This document shows positions 45,601 to 62,008 of a DNA stretch of 64,000 nt, piece after piece. The stretch's first letter is position 1. The number at the start of each line of letters is the position of its first letter. The stretch is from Bugula neritina (lineage: Eukaryota; Animalia; Bryozoa). Where the stretch lies: assembly GCA_964035545.1 (NCBI GenBank), contig OZ037772.1, forward strand, positions 10,972,818 to 11,036,817, given 5' to 3'. A program made the position numbers and the translations under genes. The notes beneath the pieces are model-generated. The model did no database searches. It had not been told where the DNA came from and saw nothing but the letters and a program-made list of their open reading frames with translations.

Positions 45601-48600
45601 GATAGCCAGGCTGATGCCCTTGTAAGCTAGTGTATAGTGTAATATTATTATCTTTTTATTAGTTAGATGAGCTTTGTGTCAATATACAATGTCAATTCCA
45701 ACTGATAGCTGTAGCATAGGAGACAGCCAGTTAGCCGTTAGTTGCTGTAAATGCGTTGAAGACTTGTTGCTTTATATCTACACCAATCCCACAAGCTGTG
45801 GAATAAATGGAGCACATTTGAAGTCAGAAGAAATGAGCATATGTTTTCATTAAAATTCAAAAAAAACTTTTAAAGTTGATTTACATTTGAGGAAGAGTGC
45901 ACATCTGAAAAGTTTTAATTTGTATATTTAGTTCAACTTATTACATAATGTTTTGCAAACCCGAAGTTTGGCTCCACTATTTAGCATAAAAAACCAATTT
46001 TCCAGCATCTGACAGAATATAAAAAAAACAATTACTTGTAAACCAAGTTTTTTTCATTAAACTTTATTAATATATTTGACTAGCAGCCAACTAGTGAACA
46101 AACAATGTGTTTGTCACAATACTATATGATCAACTGCAGATTTCACTTGTATTGCCTCTACACTGAATGCTTTACTGTAGATATCACTTGCTGAACTTTG
46201 AAACCTCCTGCTGGTTCACACAATAGTAGATGCATACAATCTAATGTTTTTACCATTCATAATAAAGCAATGTAAGTTACAGATAAATTAACTAAAAAAC
46301 TGTGAGCAACTTTACTGTATACATGACCACCCAGGACAAACTCTAGTAAGATTAAAAATTGATTCAAGTTTTTTATGGCTGACAAGCTTTGAAAATGGTT
46401 TCCAACATGAAATATCTGGTTAGGTGTGGATTTGTCATTCCAAACTTAATACTCCCTTACAACAGAAGTTAACTCATTAATATTGTTGATTATTAAATCT
46501 TTTTCACCCGTAGAGCAATTTTTGCAGGTGAACTGCTTAATATTTCGAAAAGCTTCTCAGAATTTCCTTAAATGGCTATGATCTAAATAATAAGGATGGC
46601 AAACAGCAATCAACTTTGGTACAGTATAGTGGAGAAATCATGAAAGCCTTCTTTCCATATAAGAAAGATGATATGTAAAATAAGTTTAAACTTGTCCCCT
46701 TCAAACGCAATTCCATTAAAGAACTCTCGTTAACCATAATTTAATTAAAGAACTTAAGCTATCAAAATTTCTCTATTACTGCACCTAAATGTAGGTAAAA
46801 GTTTTGCAAAGGTCACCAAGGTCGTTTCCACGGCAACCTGATGCCATACCTACCCAGCAGTAATTGTCAGCGTACTTTATCCAGTTGTCGTGAAACTCTT
46901 TGGGTGTGAAACAGTCAATGGGGTCACCGACATACGTCTTGGTAACCAGAAAGAGGGAGGATACAACTATGAGCCCTACACATAAAGAGCTACAGGTTAG
47001 AAATCACGGGCTAAGCTGGTGAAAGTACATGTAGATTATAATAAAGCTCACTGAAAATGGGTTAGAACACGGATGTCCAACCTTTTCAGAGTACTGGCTA
47101 CCAGAAAGGAATATTCTGTGGTGAGGGCCACATTGTAAACTTTAGTTTGAGCTGGAGGGCCACAGCGTCAATATTTTCATATTATTTTATTCAAAATTTT
47201 AGGAGTCATTACACAATAAAGTCACAATAGTTAATGCTGGCTACATGTTTTGTAGAATGTGTATGAACAAGATGTTTAAAAGGTGGTTTTTACTCTAATT
47301 CATGTATACTGTAAAAAATAATTTCAGTTGTATATCTTTGAGGGCCACATAAATGTAGGCTAAGGGGCCACATCCTGCCCTGGGGCCGCCTGTTGGGCAG
47401 CCCTAGGTTAGATGACAGAAATATCAGTCTCTACATAAAGAGTTGTGCCCTCGTAACAAATGATGCCGTGGTATGCAACTATAGGAGGACAATACAGAAA
47501 CTGGTAGGGAGGGGTTACAGTACCATTCAATAGAGAGTGAATGCATTGCATCACCCTGTTTGGTCCAGATTAGATAGGATGTTGAGAGGCTGCCATGTCT
47601 ATGACACTGAATAAATATTTGTATAGCTTAGTATTATAGACCTACACTCCTTGAGCACTGCTTAGACACATGTTAAGGCGTATCAACTCATGTTACCATC
47701 ATTTGGGAAATTGACTCTAAATTACAAAATCATCAACTGATGTTGGTTGATAAGGAGTGGATATCAAATTTCACATTAGGCACATTTTTACAATCATTTT
47801 CAAAAGGTTTGATAAAATCTAATTAAACTCTCTCATAAGTATTTATAGTTTGCAGGAGCTTTTAAACCCTGAAGTATTTAATTCTTCAATCGGCTGGGGG
47901 TAAAAATCTCCCTCCCCATAAACTCCCTCCATCTTTACACTCTTCTACAGGCCTGCATTGTAAATTCATGTATAATGCTTTTATATACCAACAAGCAATC
48001 TGGTTTTATTGTACTTTGTAGTTTAATTTTGGTCTTTCATTGATAAGGAGTAACAATATGTATGCTCTTCTACTTCAGTGGTTAAAGATGAAAGGTTAAA
48101 AGTTGGTAACTCAGTTGATACAAACTGAAATGAGAAGCTGTGTGAGTCAGAGTTTGTCCCTTCCCTACATGCTAGACTACAATCACATAGTAATTGCTAA
48201 CAAGTAAACCTGAAGAGTTATTGAGTCTATAATAAAGTTTACTTCTAACTAGTATAACAACCTATTTTAAATTAAAATGCAAATTCTATTTGATGCTTCA
48301 AGTCACTCAGTGCACTTCACTTTGTTCTTGTGATAAAAAATAACTTGATAGATCAAGGTATAATAAGTCACACTACAAGCTTGGCCAATTTAAAATCAAT
48401 TCTCCAAAAATTATCTAAAAGAGGTTGTGACTTTGAAAAGTCAACATTAATTATCAAAGCTTTACAGTGGCTAGGAATTCAAAAATGAATTTAAATTAAT
48501 AGTAAGGAGTTGTGAGTTACTGCAAACAAGGTAGTTCTAGATTATTGGCTTAAAATGACAAACCACAGGCTATAAAGAACTAGGAAGAATATGCAGAGTA

Positions 48601-50193
48601 GAAAGTATATGTGAACTTTGCATGAAATGATGTTAAGATTATTTAATACTCAAAACAAATAGAATGACAAAGTCACATAATAACATGACAAAGAGAATAA
48701 AGAAGTTACATGATTGAGGAAGCAGAAATTAGAATGAAAGAGTAGAATTAAAGAGAGTAGAGAGAATAACTACAACATAAGTTAATATAATAGCGGTGGA
48801 GTGGGGGGCAAAGTGGGGAGGAGGGGGACAGCGGATGGAATTCACAGATAGAAATCTAGAATATTCCAGTGGGCCACGCTGTCTCTTACCCAACAATAGT
48901 TATCGGCATAATTTATCCAGTTATCGTGAAATTCTAGCGGAGTAAAGCAGTTGATAGGGTCACCTACGTATGACCTTGTGCCAATGAAGAGAGAGCAGCA
49001 AATGAAGAACCCTGTTGTGAGGTACACACTGTCATGGCTGATTTACAGAGCATATTGCACAAAAGCTACAAGCTAAACTTGTCCACAATTTTTAATGTTT
49101 ACTATCGGAATCTCTTAATATATGAAACTTAGCAACAACTTTTACAGAATATTTGAAATTATATTTCGACTGAGAGGTTTGCGAATTTAGGCAGCCGTTA
49201 CAGGACTAGAGGCTTATTAGAAGCTCAGTCCACTCATACTCATAGCTGTATATTAACACTATTACATAATACTAATTTTCATGTTATTGCAATAATTTTC
49301 TATAACTTTATACCAGCATATCTGTGCTAAAGAAAAGAGGGATACAGGCTTTTCTTACACTGTGTAGAGCTTATACTTTAGTGATCTATTAACACATGAC
49401 TAGTTATAACAATTCTTCATTCAAACTTATGTATTTACACTGAAAGGAATTACATCAAATATAAGAATATTTGAATAATGTTCAATATGAGATTATACCA
49501 GCAATGAGCCTATTCAAGCATTCAGTTCTACAGCTGACAACATAATACAAGAGTAGCTATTTTCTAGAGTTTTAGGCTTTTATTTTACATAAAACTAGGC
49601 AAGGTGTTAAGATGGACCAGTTTTTCAATGAAGTGACTGTAAATCCACTCCAAGATAAAATCAAGCATATTCCTGCTAGCATTAATACATTATTATTTAA
49701 TTCTTTTTCTAACATTTTCTTGAACAAATATTGTTCTGTAAAACGTGACACATCAAATTACCTTACATGGTTTTAGGGCTTTGAAAACTTGTTTTGCTGA
49801 AAATTCTAGCATGACGATGTCAAAATGCTATATATTTAAACTAACTCTAACTCTTGTTTTAAGTTAATAACATATTTTAGAGTGATTAGCAAAAAGAAGA
49901 TTACTATTAGTAAAACAAAGTTTTAGGGTTGCCACAAATAAACTATCAATGATTGCTGTATTTTCATTCAAGCAACATAGTTGTTGAAAAATTTGCTTAA
50001 TAATCCAAACCAACTTTTACCAAATAAAACTTAAAACAAATCGTTTTATTTAGCTTTGACCGAGTTGCAGTGTTATACCCCCCCTTTTTTTCTCACCTAT
50101 TGTGTATCTGTTACTCAGTCTATCAAACATGTCATCATCTCGCCTCTTCAGCATAGACACTCCCTTCTTCAGGGACTCCACTAAATCCGACAT
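39654..50193 (-). CDS. inx: Innexin (gap junction/hemichannel protein)
   Basis: Exons: 50097-50193 ([20 protein letters not shown]); alternative exon 2 at 48890-49011 or 46854-46975 (YVGDPI.CFTP.EF..NW..Y.DNYCW); 43122-43278 (signature YYQWVP); 42125-42294; 41654-41771 (YLITKLLY); 41263-41372 ([10 protein letters not shown]); 40684-40813 ([20 protein letters not shown]); 40101-40232; 39654-39823 ([13 protein letters not shown]). Confidence 0.93.
39843..39941. repeat. (GAGT)n microsatellite
   Basis: Directly visible; last innexin intron. Confidence 0.95.
44169..44515. repeat. 51-bp minisatellite, about 7 near-identical copies
   Basis: Unit TATAGTTATACTACTTAGAGACAATTCAACAGGTAGACTTGCTACATGTTG; innexin intron. 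Confidence 0.95.
46854..46975 (-). CDS. inx: Innexin alternative exon 2b (TM1/EL1)
   Basis: 122 nt, TAG acceptor, GTAGGT donor, encodes [41 protein letters not shown]; absent from the ORF track. Confidence 0.88.
47068..47405. mobile_element. hAT-type MITE
   Basis: Imperfect TIRs CACGGATGTCCAAC / GTTGGGCAGCCCTA, internal GGGCCACA subterminal repeats, 8-bp target-site duplication GGTTAGAA / GGTTAGAT (7/8 match). Confidence 0.7.
48890..49011 (-). CDS. inx: Innexin alternative exon 2a (TM1/EL1)
   Basis: 122 nt, CAG acceptor, GTAAGA donor, encodes [41 protein letters not shown]. Confidence 0.88.
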
Positions 50194-51997
50194 CTTGAAT
50201 TCTTGTGTGTTTCCTCTCTCAGAATTTTAATGGACTTCCCTCAACATCTACGTCTGCTTCAACGTCTGCTTCTACACCACCTTTGCCTTCGCAGCCGCAA
50301 CTAGTTCTAAGCTGTTATTATTTAGTGATGTAACTTCGCTGCTATAGGTTAGACTGCGTGCCTAGATTTAACGAAGTCACCCTACACGTTATGCCTGACT
50401 GCACGCGATAATAAAGTATCAAATGCTCGGCAGGCTAACAACACGCGAGGCTATGAAGTGAAACATGGAGGACGTGCTATGCTTCTAATCATTTCAAATC
50501 TATTGAATGTATAGATCACGTATTGAAATTGACACACAAGCTAAATCTTGTAAATTTATAATCAATTCTTTATCTTTCTAAACGTAATATGCATGACAAA
50601 TTTAGCATAATACCAACTTGGTGAAAACAAAGCACTAAACGATGTAGTATCAAATATTTGCCTTATTTGTGTAAATACTGTAACATTTCATGATGCATTG
50701 CTCAACCAACAAAATAATTGATAAAGTATTAAATAATAACTAGACCAGAGTCATATAGGTGTACGAAGCGTGCAAACTTTTTACCCTCAACTTTATAGCA
50801 GGTTGCTACATGTGTTGCCTGACCCAACCCATCTGTTTTGTTTCTAAAACAAGTACAAGCCAAAGTAAAAGGACATTGAAGTAAAAACACTGATACGGGC
50901 AGCTCCAAATGACTTTGTGCTGATGTAACTTCGAAAGTAGAACTTAAAACTGTGCTCTGGAAGTGTTAACCTACCAATGGCTGAATCACAAGAATCATAC
51001 CTCACAGAAAATGTTCAGGATTTAAAAAGCTGAATGACAAAAGCTTCTACATTCCTTTCATATCTCACCTTTCTTTCAATACATGAAACATAATATTCTG
51101 TAGGAATAGCATAATATCTCAAGACTAAATATAGCGGGCAGGTGAATGTAGGCTATCCCATTACAATATCAGTTGCTGTTTTAGAGCCCAGTCTATACAA
51201 TAAAATGGTGTGATACACTGAACTATAGTTGACCAAATTGTAATACAGATGAAAATAGTATACTTGCTAGGTTTCATTCAAAACTTGTAGGCAATAAAAT
51301 AATATTTCAAGTTGCTGCTAGACAGTTAGCTTACAGGTTTGGTGACTGTTTTTTTCAGGATATTACATAACATAGCATAATATAGCATAATATATTGTAT
51401 ATGAATACAATGGATATATGTATATGATATAATAATGCAGTATGATATAACATAATATAATATAACATATGCATATAATGAATATATGTTAATAATATAG
51501 TGCCATAATAGCTTGAATTAGACTGTAAATAATTGTTAAGCTGTATATTAGAGAGCTTTGAAATTAGAGTGGTAACTATACGCCATAACATGCTATCATA
51601 ATATAAAGGGTAAACTTCTGTTATCTGTGTATAACGATTGATAACACAGGGTTATTGTGAACCAAGTAATCTTTAGTGTTTGCACTGTGAGTAAAGTATA
51701 TATCAAATAGCATGCCCTTTAGAGACTAAAGACAGCTGTATGGTTCACTGGAGACATGCTAGGCCCATACGTGTAATATACTAAGAGAACTATAAATGAT
51801 ACTCCTTTAGAAAAGAGCACAGTTAGTTGCAGGTTAGAATCCCGGTTGTTTCACAAAAAGATTTAGCAAGATTTTTCCTTCCCCAACTTTTTTTAGTCCT
51901 TCACGCATTTAAATTACCAACAATTACTTTCTTTTTAAAGAGTGTCAGCACATGTATGCAGGAAGCATTAAAAAATCCCTATTTTAAAGTTGGGTTA

Positions 51998-52445
51998 AAG
52001 TTGCGTTTATACCTCTGCTGAAAAAAGTACCGAGTTTAAGTTAATAATGCTTGTCCGGGTACCCCTTTATAGTCAAACTGAAACTCGTTGAAATCATATT
52101 GATGCGGTTGCTCACTTTCTGAAATTGAAATCTGACTTGCATAATAGCTATTTGATGCCCTTTGTAAACGTCGTGAATTAGTGAAGCGGACAGCATAAAA
52201 GCAATAATTGAGAAAGGTAGGCTATATAATTATCACCGTATAAGTACGTTGTCTAATCACCAAAGTAATAACTAAATAGCGATGTTTACAAGGAGTTATT
52301 ACTCCTATTCTAAAATTGGCCGATTAAGTTATCACAGTCCAAAGATTTTTACGAGTGGCTTTTACAATGCAATGCAACTCGGTGAAATTTCAACCCGGCC
52401 AAATTGAAATTCTGACCGAAAATCGTGAAGGTATAAAGGCAACTT
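51998..52445. mobile_element. Non-autonomous DNA transposon (MITE), copy 2
   Basis: Colinear with 4951-5399; TIRs with one mismatch; TTAA adjacent to the left end. Confidence 0.85.
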
Positions 52446-54984
52446 GATTCAAATTCTTGCACTTATGGTCCTGAATAAGATTCATGATAACATCGAAGTT
52501 ATATGTCACTATGTTACTGCATAGACTATAGTCCCTGTATATTAGAGTATAGACACTGTGTATTATAGTATAGTAACTGTGTAGTATAGTCACTGTGTAT
52601 TAGTGTACAGTCACCAGGTATAGTGTGTAGTGGCTATGTATGTTACTATGCATACAATGTGGTGTTACTTATTTTGACTAAGTTTAGTTGATTTCCTTTC
52701 CACTCATATTTCAAAGTGACTTACACAATAGCTATATCATGTAGAATTTAGATAGAGTGATTACATCATATATAACCCACGTGACAAAACCCATGTGTGA
52801 CAGGTGCAATTCTCTCACAGACAAGCACCTGGTCTTATATGTCATATATACTGTATATCATATACTCATGTGACAACATTAGCACCTGTTCTCAGTCGTT
52901 GGACAATTTTCCACAATTTTAAAGTTGGGAATTTGTCTTTTCCAGTTGTTTGGAGGTTGTATTGTAAGATTTATGTTGTGGCTCACCAGTCTTTAAATGT
53001 TCTTGCTTTGATTGGTTTATTAATTTTCTGCCTGATTAGCAATAACCTACTTGTTGGTAAACTTGAAATGGGACAGAAAACAGAGGGAGATAACAACCAA
53101 ACTTGGTTGCTATTGAAATCTGCAGAACATTAGAAAGTAGCTGTAGCAAGAGCAGCCAATAAAACTGCAGTAGAAACTTATACTCACGTATCAATTATCA
53201 GGCAGAAGTTCTGCATAAGCATAAAAAAACTAATAATCTAAGATCTTGAACTGCTTATAAACTTTGGTTTGAGGTGCTGGTTACCCTACCTACCATGTTT
53301 ATTTGTACCATCATACATAATCTTTCTAACTTGTGTAAAATCCATAACTTGTAAGGGCATCAAATTAAATGATTGCGCTCCTGTGAAACAATTAGGCTAA
53401 TTACATCTGCAGGTATAAAAGAGTAGATTGTCTGGTAAAACTTTATCAGTTGCTAAACATGGAAGCTTTTTTATCAACTAAGTAATAACATGCAGGCAGT
53501 TTAAAAGTTCAATTCTTGCAACATAAAAATAATTTAATTTCTATCAAATAGTGCAGGGTAACTGCTATTGGCATTTGACAACGAGCAACCAATCAAATAC
53601 ATGCATGAAACTAAGCTACGTTTGTGCAGACTTTTGCTGTTTAGTTGGAAGCATGGGTTACCCCTGCCTGTCAAGATTAGAAACCACGGGTTAGATATTA
53701 GGCTTACCTTTAAGACTTCAAACTTCCATATACCTCAGGTATTTCGGATTTTATACCAAGTGATTGATACCTCTGTTTTCATTTTGATTTGCGACAACGT
53801 CCACCAGTAAAATGAAAATAATGACTCATATGACAATAACAATTATGAAATCTACAAACTGAAGGCTTTATAATATATTGCCAGCTATAATATTGAACAT
53901 TACTTGCTATTCTGCTTTTATAGATTGCCCAATACATCAATGCAGGAATTCCAATATTGTTTATTTGCAAACTCACGTAGGCTTGTAAAGAGTTTCTGGC
54001 AAGGATACAGATAGCTCTGGCTACTCTGTCTGCTATAAAGTAATAATGGTTGATGTGCTAACTAATATATAAAATAGTGTAACATTACTATAATTCAAAC
54101 TATAATATACAAGGAAATGGTGGCATTTAAATAATATTATATTATGTTATATTATATTGCTGTAGCTGTTGAATTAGTCTGACATCTAGCTATATAGAAC
54201 TTGCTGGTATCTGCTAAATATCTGAGTTATAGGTCATGTATAGAAGGAAATAATACCTTGCTATGAGGAATTATATAGAGTATAGAATAATATGGGTTCC
54301 TGTGGGGTGTTTATTTGCAACAAAAGTTCCTTCTCTATTGGCTAAAATGTAACTTAGCTACAAAATAGACGTCATGCAAGCAACTTATAATACTGCTATG
54401 TGTTATTATTGCAAGTTTGATACATGCTTTAGCTGTTTGATCAGCTTTATAGTATGTGAAGTTTGTTTGTGGGGCCATTCAAACTCAATGAGTGATGAAT
54501 TGAAAACTTTTTAATTATACACTTCAAAGTGCCAGCATTGCAATTAGTTTTAATTTTTGCATCTTTTGCATGCAATAGCTTTATGAAATATTAACGCAAT
54601 GGAATATAATGTAATATACTAATTAGGATTCTAATGAGACCACAACTCCTAAAAAATAGAAACTACATTTTATTACAAAATAAATAGAGGTATTTGGTAT
54701 TCAAAAAATACTGGCAGCTACTTTGACATGCATGTAAATGTATACAGAAACAGCCATGCAAGTTGATGGTGTACATGAAGCCTGCATATACTAAAATGAC
54801 GGGCAGTAAAATGACATGTATAAATATTTATTTCATTGTGAAACGATTAGTATGTAGTCTAAGTGCAGCTACTGTTTACAGATATCTAAGGAGGTCACCC
54901 TGTATTTATACACAGAAATGTATGTTTATTGAGTATGGTAACCTTTGTACAGAAACATATAAAAAAGTTATATAAACTCATGCA

Positions 54985-55179
54985 AGTTTATAGTCACCAT
55001 CCCTGTGAGAAACTCCTAATGGAAAGAGCTTTTGTTAAATCAGGCTAAGAACGTACTCAGATGGGGCACAGGAGCAATTATGACTGGATGCTCTTCCCAA
55101 CATTACCAATGGCTTTTGTCAAGGTTCGAACCCATGACTCCATATTAATTACTAGGTAAATGCTTTAACCCCTAGACTA
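54985..55179 (-). mobile_element. tRNA-derived SINE copy
   Basis: Colinear with 26863-27061. Confidence 0.8.
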
Positions 55180-55457
55180 GTTATATATGCAGGTGAAAAG
55201 GCATGCCCCTGTAAACTTTAATCTGAATGCTTCCTCCTTAAATTTTGTTCTAAACAAATATGAAGGATGGTTTGTAAACTGTTATATAAAAATGTTTAGA
55301 TAAATTAAAGGTCAAGATCTCATATGCAAATTTTAGTAGTCTCAATGTGACTCTTACAGCTCTTTATTAATTCTGTTTTCAAATGGCTGTGGAATTTTAT
55401 TGAATTTTCAAAAACATAGATTTAGGATTTCCGTGCTTGATGAACAAAGAGTGTATA

Positions 55458-55551
55458 AATCAATACCAAATCAATACCAATCAATACCAATCAATACCAG
55501 TCAATACCAATCAATACCAAATCAATACCAATCAATACCAAATCAATACCA
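55458..55551. repeat. (CAATACCAAT)n repeat
   Basis: Directly visible. Confidence 0.9.
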
Positions 55552-57391
55552 TCACTGACTGTATTTCAGTAGAACAGATCTGATGAATGGAGTAAATACA
55601 AAGTCTGTTCGATTTAAAGTAAAAAGGTTTCAGACAGACTAAATAATTTAATAAGTCTGAAACCTTTACAACTTTCTTAGAATAACTTTTAAACGCTTTG
55701 AATGGGAGGATAACTCTAGTAATACTTTTTATTGCATCAACTGTGGTAGTTGGGGCAGTAAGCATGACAGGTAAACCCGAAAAAGTTAAAGCTAAAATTT
55801 TGTATGGCAATAACCAAAAAAATTTTTTGTGAAAATTTAAAACTGGATGACATATTAATTTCTTTTATGTAGTTACTCCCAATCTGTGAACATGCAGCCA
55901 ATTGCCAAAGATTTTTAGTTGGTTGTACTAGTTTGAAAAACAAATTGGCTTTTATGCTAGCATATAAATTATAGTCTAGCTGCTGTTCTTCAGAGCTGGA
56001 GAATTATAATGCGCCAAGCTAAACACAACTATATATAATATACATAATCTAAGAGAGCAGTTTGCTTATGTTATGGTCTAAACAAGCTAGCAGGTGATTG
56101 CAGATATGGGAAGAAATACTTTGTTTTGCTAAACAGCTGCAGGATGGGACAACTACCAAGTATCCACTTATACTGTTGGTCACAGGGTTGAATAAATAGA
56201 TTGACAATAATGATGTACATCAGTGTTTACACTGTATTAACTGACTTTATGAAATTATTACTGGCTAGTGCAATTATGTTTCTCAGTGCTGGAGATTCTA
56301 TTTTATACTTCTTAATACAGCAGAATTTTATGCAGGAATAAAGCAATTTCAGGTTTGAGAGTTGTCTGTCTACAAAATAATTGTAAAGTTGTATAAGAAA
56401 AATTAGGAGCATGAAAAGGACTTCACAATACTAAGCAACTCAGCATCGATTCATGCATTTTATTAGTTAGTGATGAATGCGTGGTAAGCAGTCCAGCTAT
56501 GTTTGAAGTTTGAGTCCTGGTTTTTGTCAATATCATCACAACATTCAGGAGAAACAGTTACTAGCTACTATTAGCAGCTATGAAATTATATCTCCAACTA
56601 CAGCTATACTGTAACAGTTTATAATGGTTATGGGACTCTGCCAAACTATAAGTAGAAATGTTGATATTAAGTTGACCCTGTGACATAAATAGCCGGCCAG
56701 GGTTAGGTTAGATAATATAAGTTGTGCAAACAGCTGGATTAGACTGCAGTTGGGTTAAACCTCTCAGCTCCAGTGAAACAGGCTAACAGGAGCAGCTTAA
56801 ACTGAGATTGTCTTGTTATACCCATATCTGGGGAAAAGACAGGTAAGCATTGGCAGTTGAGAGATAATAAATAAGCTTTTATAATATACATTCATATTGA
56901 TGTAATGGCAGAAATGATATGCTTGAATAGTGATGATCCTGTTATTTGTACTAGCATTTATCCAATCAACAATTGTAGCAACTTTGATGTAGTTTTAAAG
57001 TTTTTTAGTATAACATACAGTAGCACATTAGAGTGGAGTAGTTATACCAATAGAATTTGTGACACCTTGTAAATTTATACTTTAAGTGATCTTTTTAATT
57101 TTTAATAATTCTACAGAGTTCTGACTTTTTTCCACTTTTGTTCAGGTCTAATTATTAAGGCCAGTATTTACACTGAATTTCGCAACACGTTTCATGTCTG
57201 TGATATGTAATACATCAATCAATCAATCAATCAATCAATCAACGAGCCTGCTTGATGTTTGTAATGTTCATGGTTTAGACAAAGGGAAAAAAGCACTTGG
57301 CATTATATGTTATAGTAGACATGCATATAGTATGAATGTACTTCATAATTCCAATACAGTATAGCCTTTGATTTCTCCTGTTCAGAGAGAA

Positions 57392-62008
<4,617 letters not shown>

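Noticed and set aside
46854-46975. Second innexin gene or pseudogene fragment
   Set aside because: No separate first exon or downstream exons were found, and the copy has intact splice sites, identical length and phase; an alternative exon fits better.
53050-53120. Possible upstream non-coding exon of the innexin
   Set aside because: Plausible AG/GT boundaries only, with no independent support.
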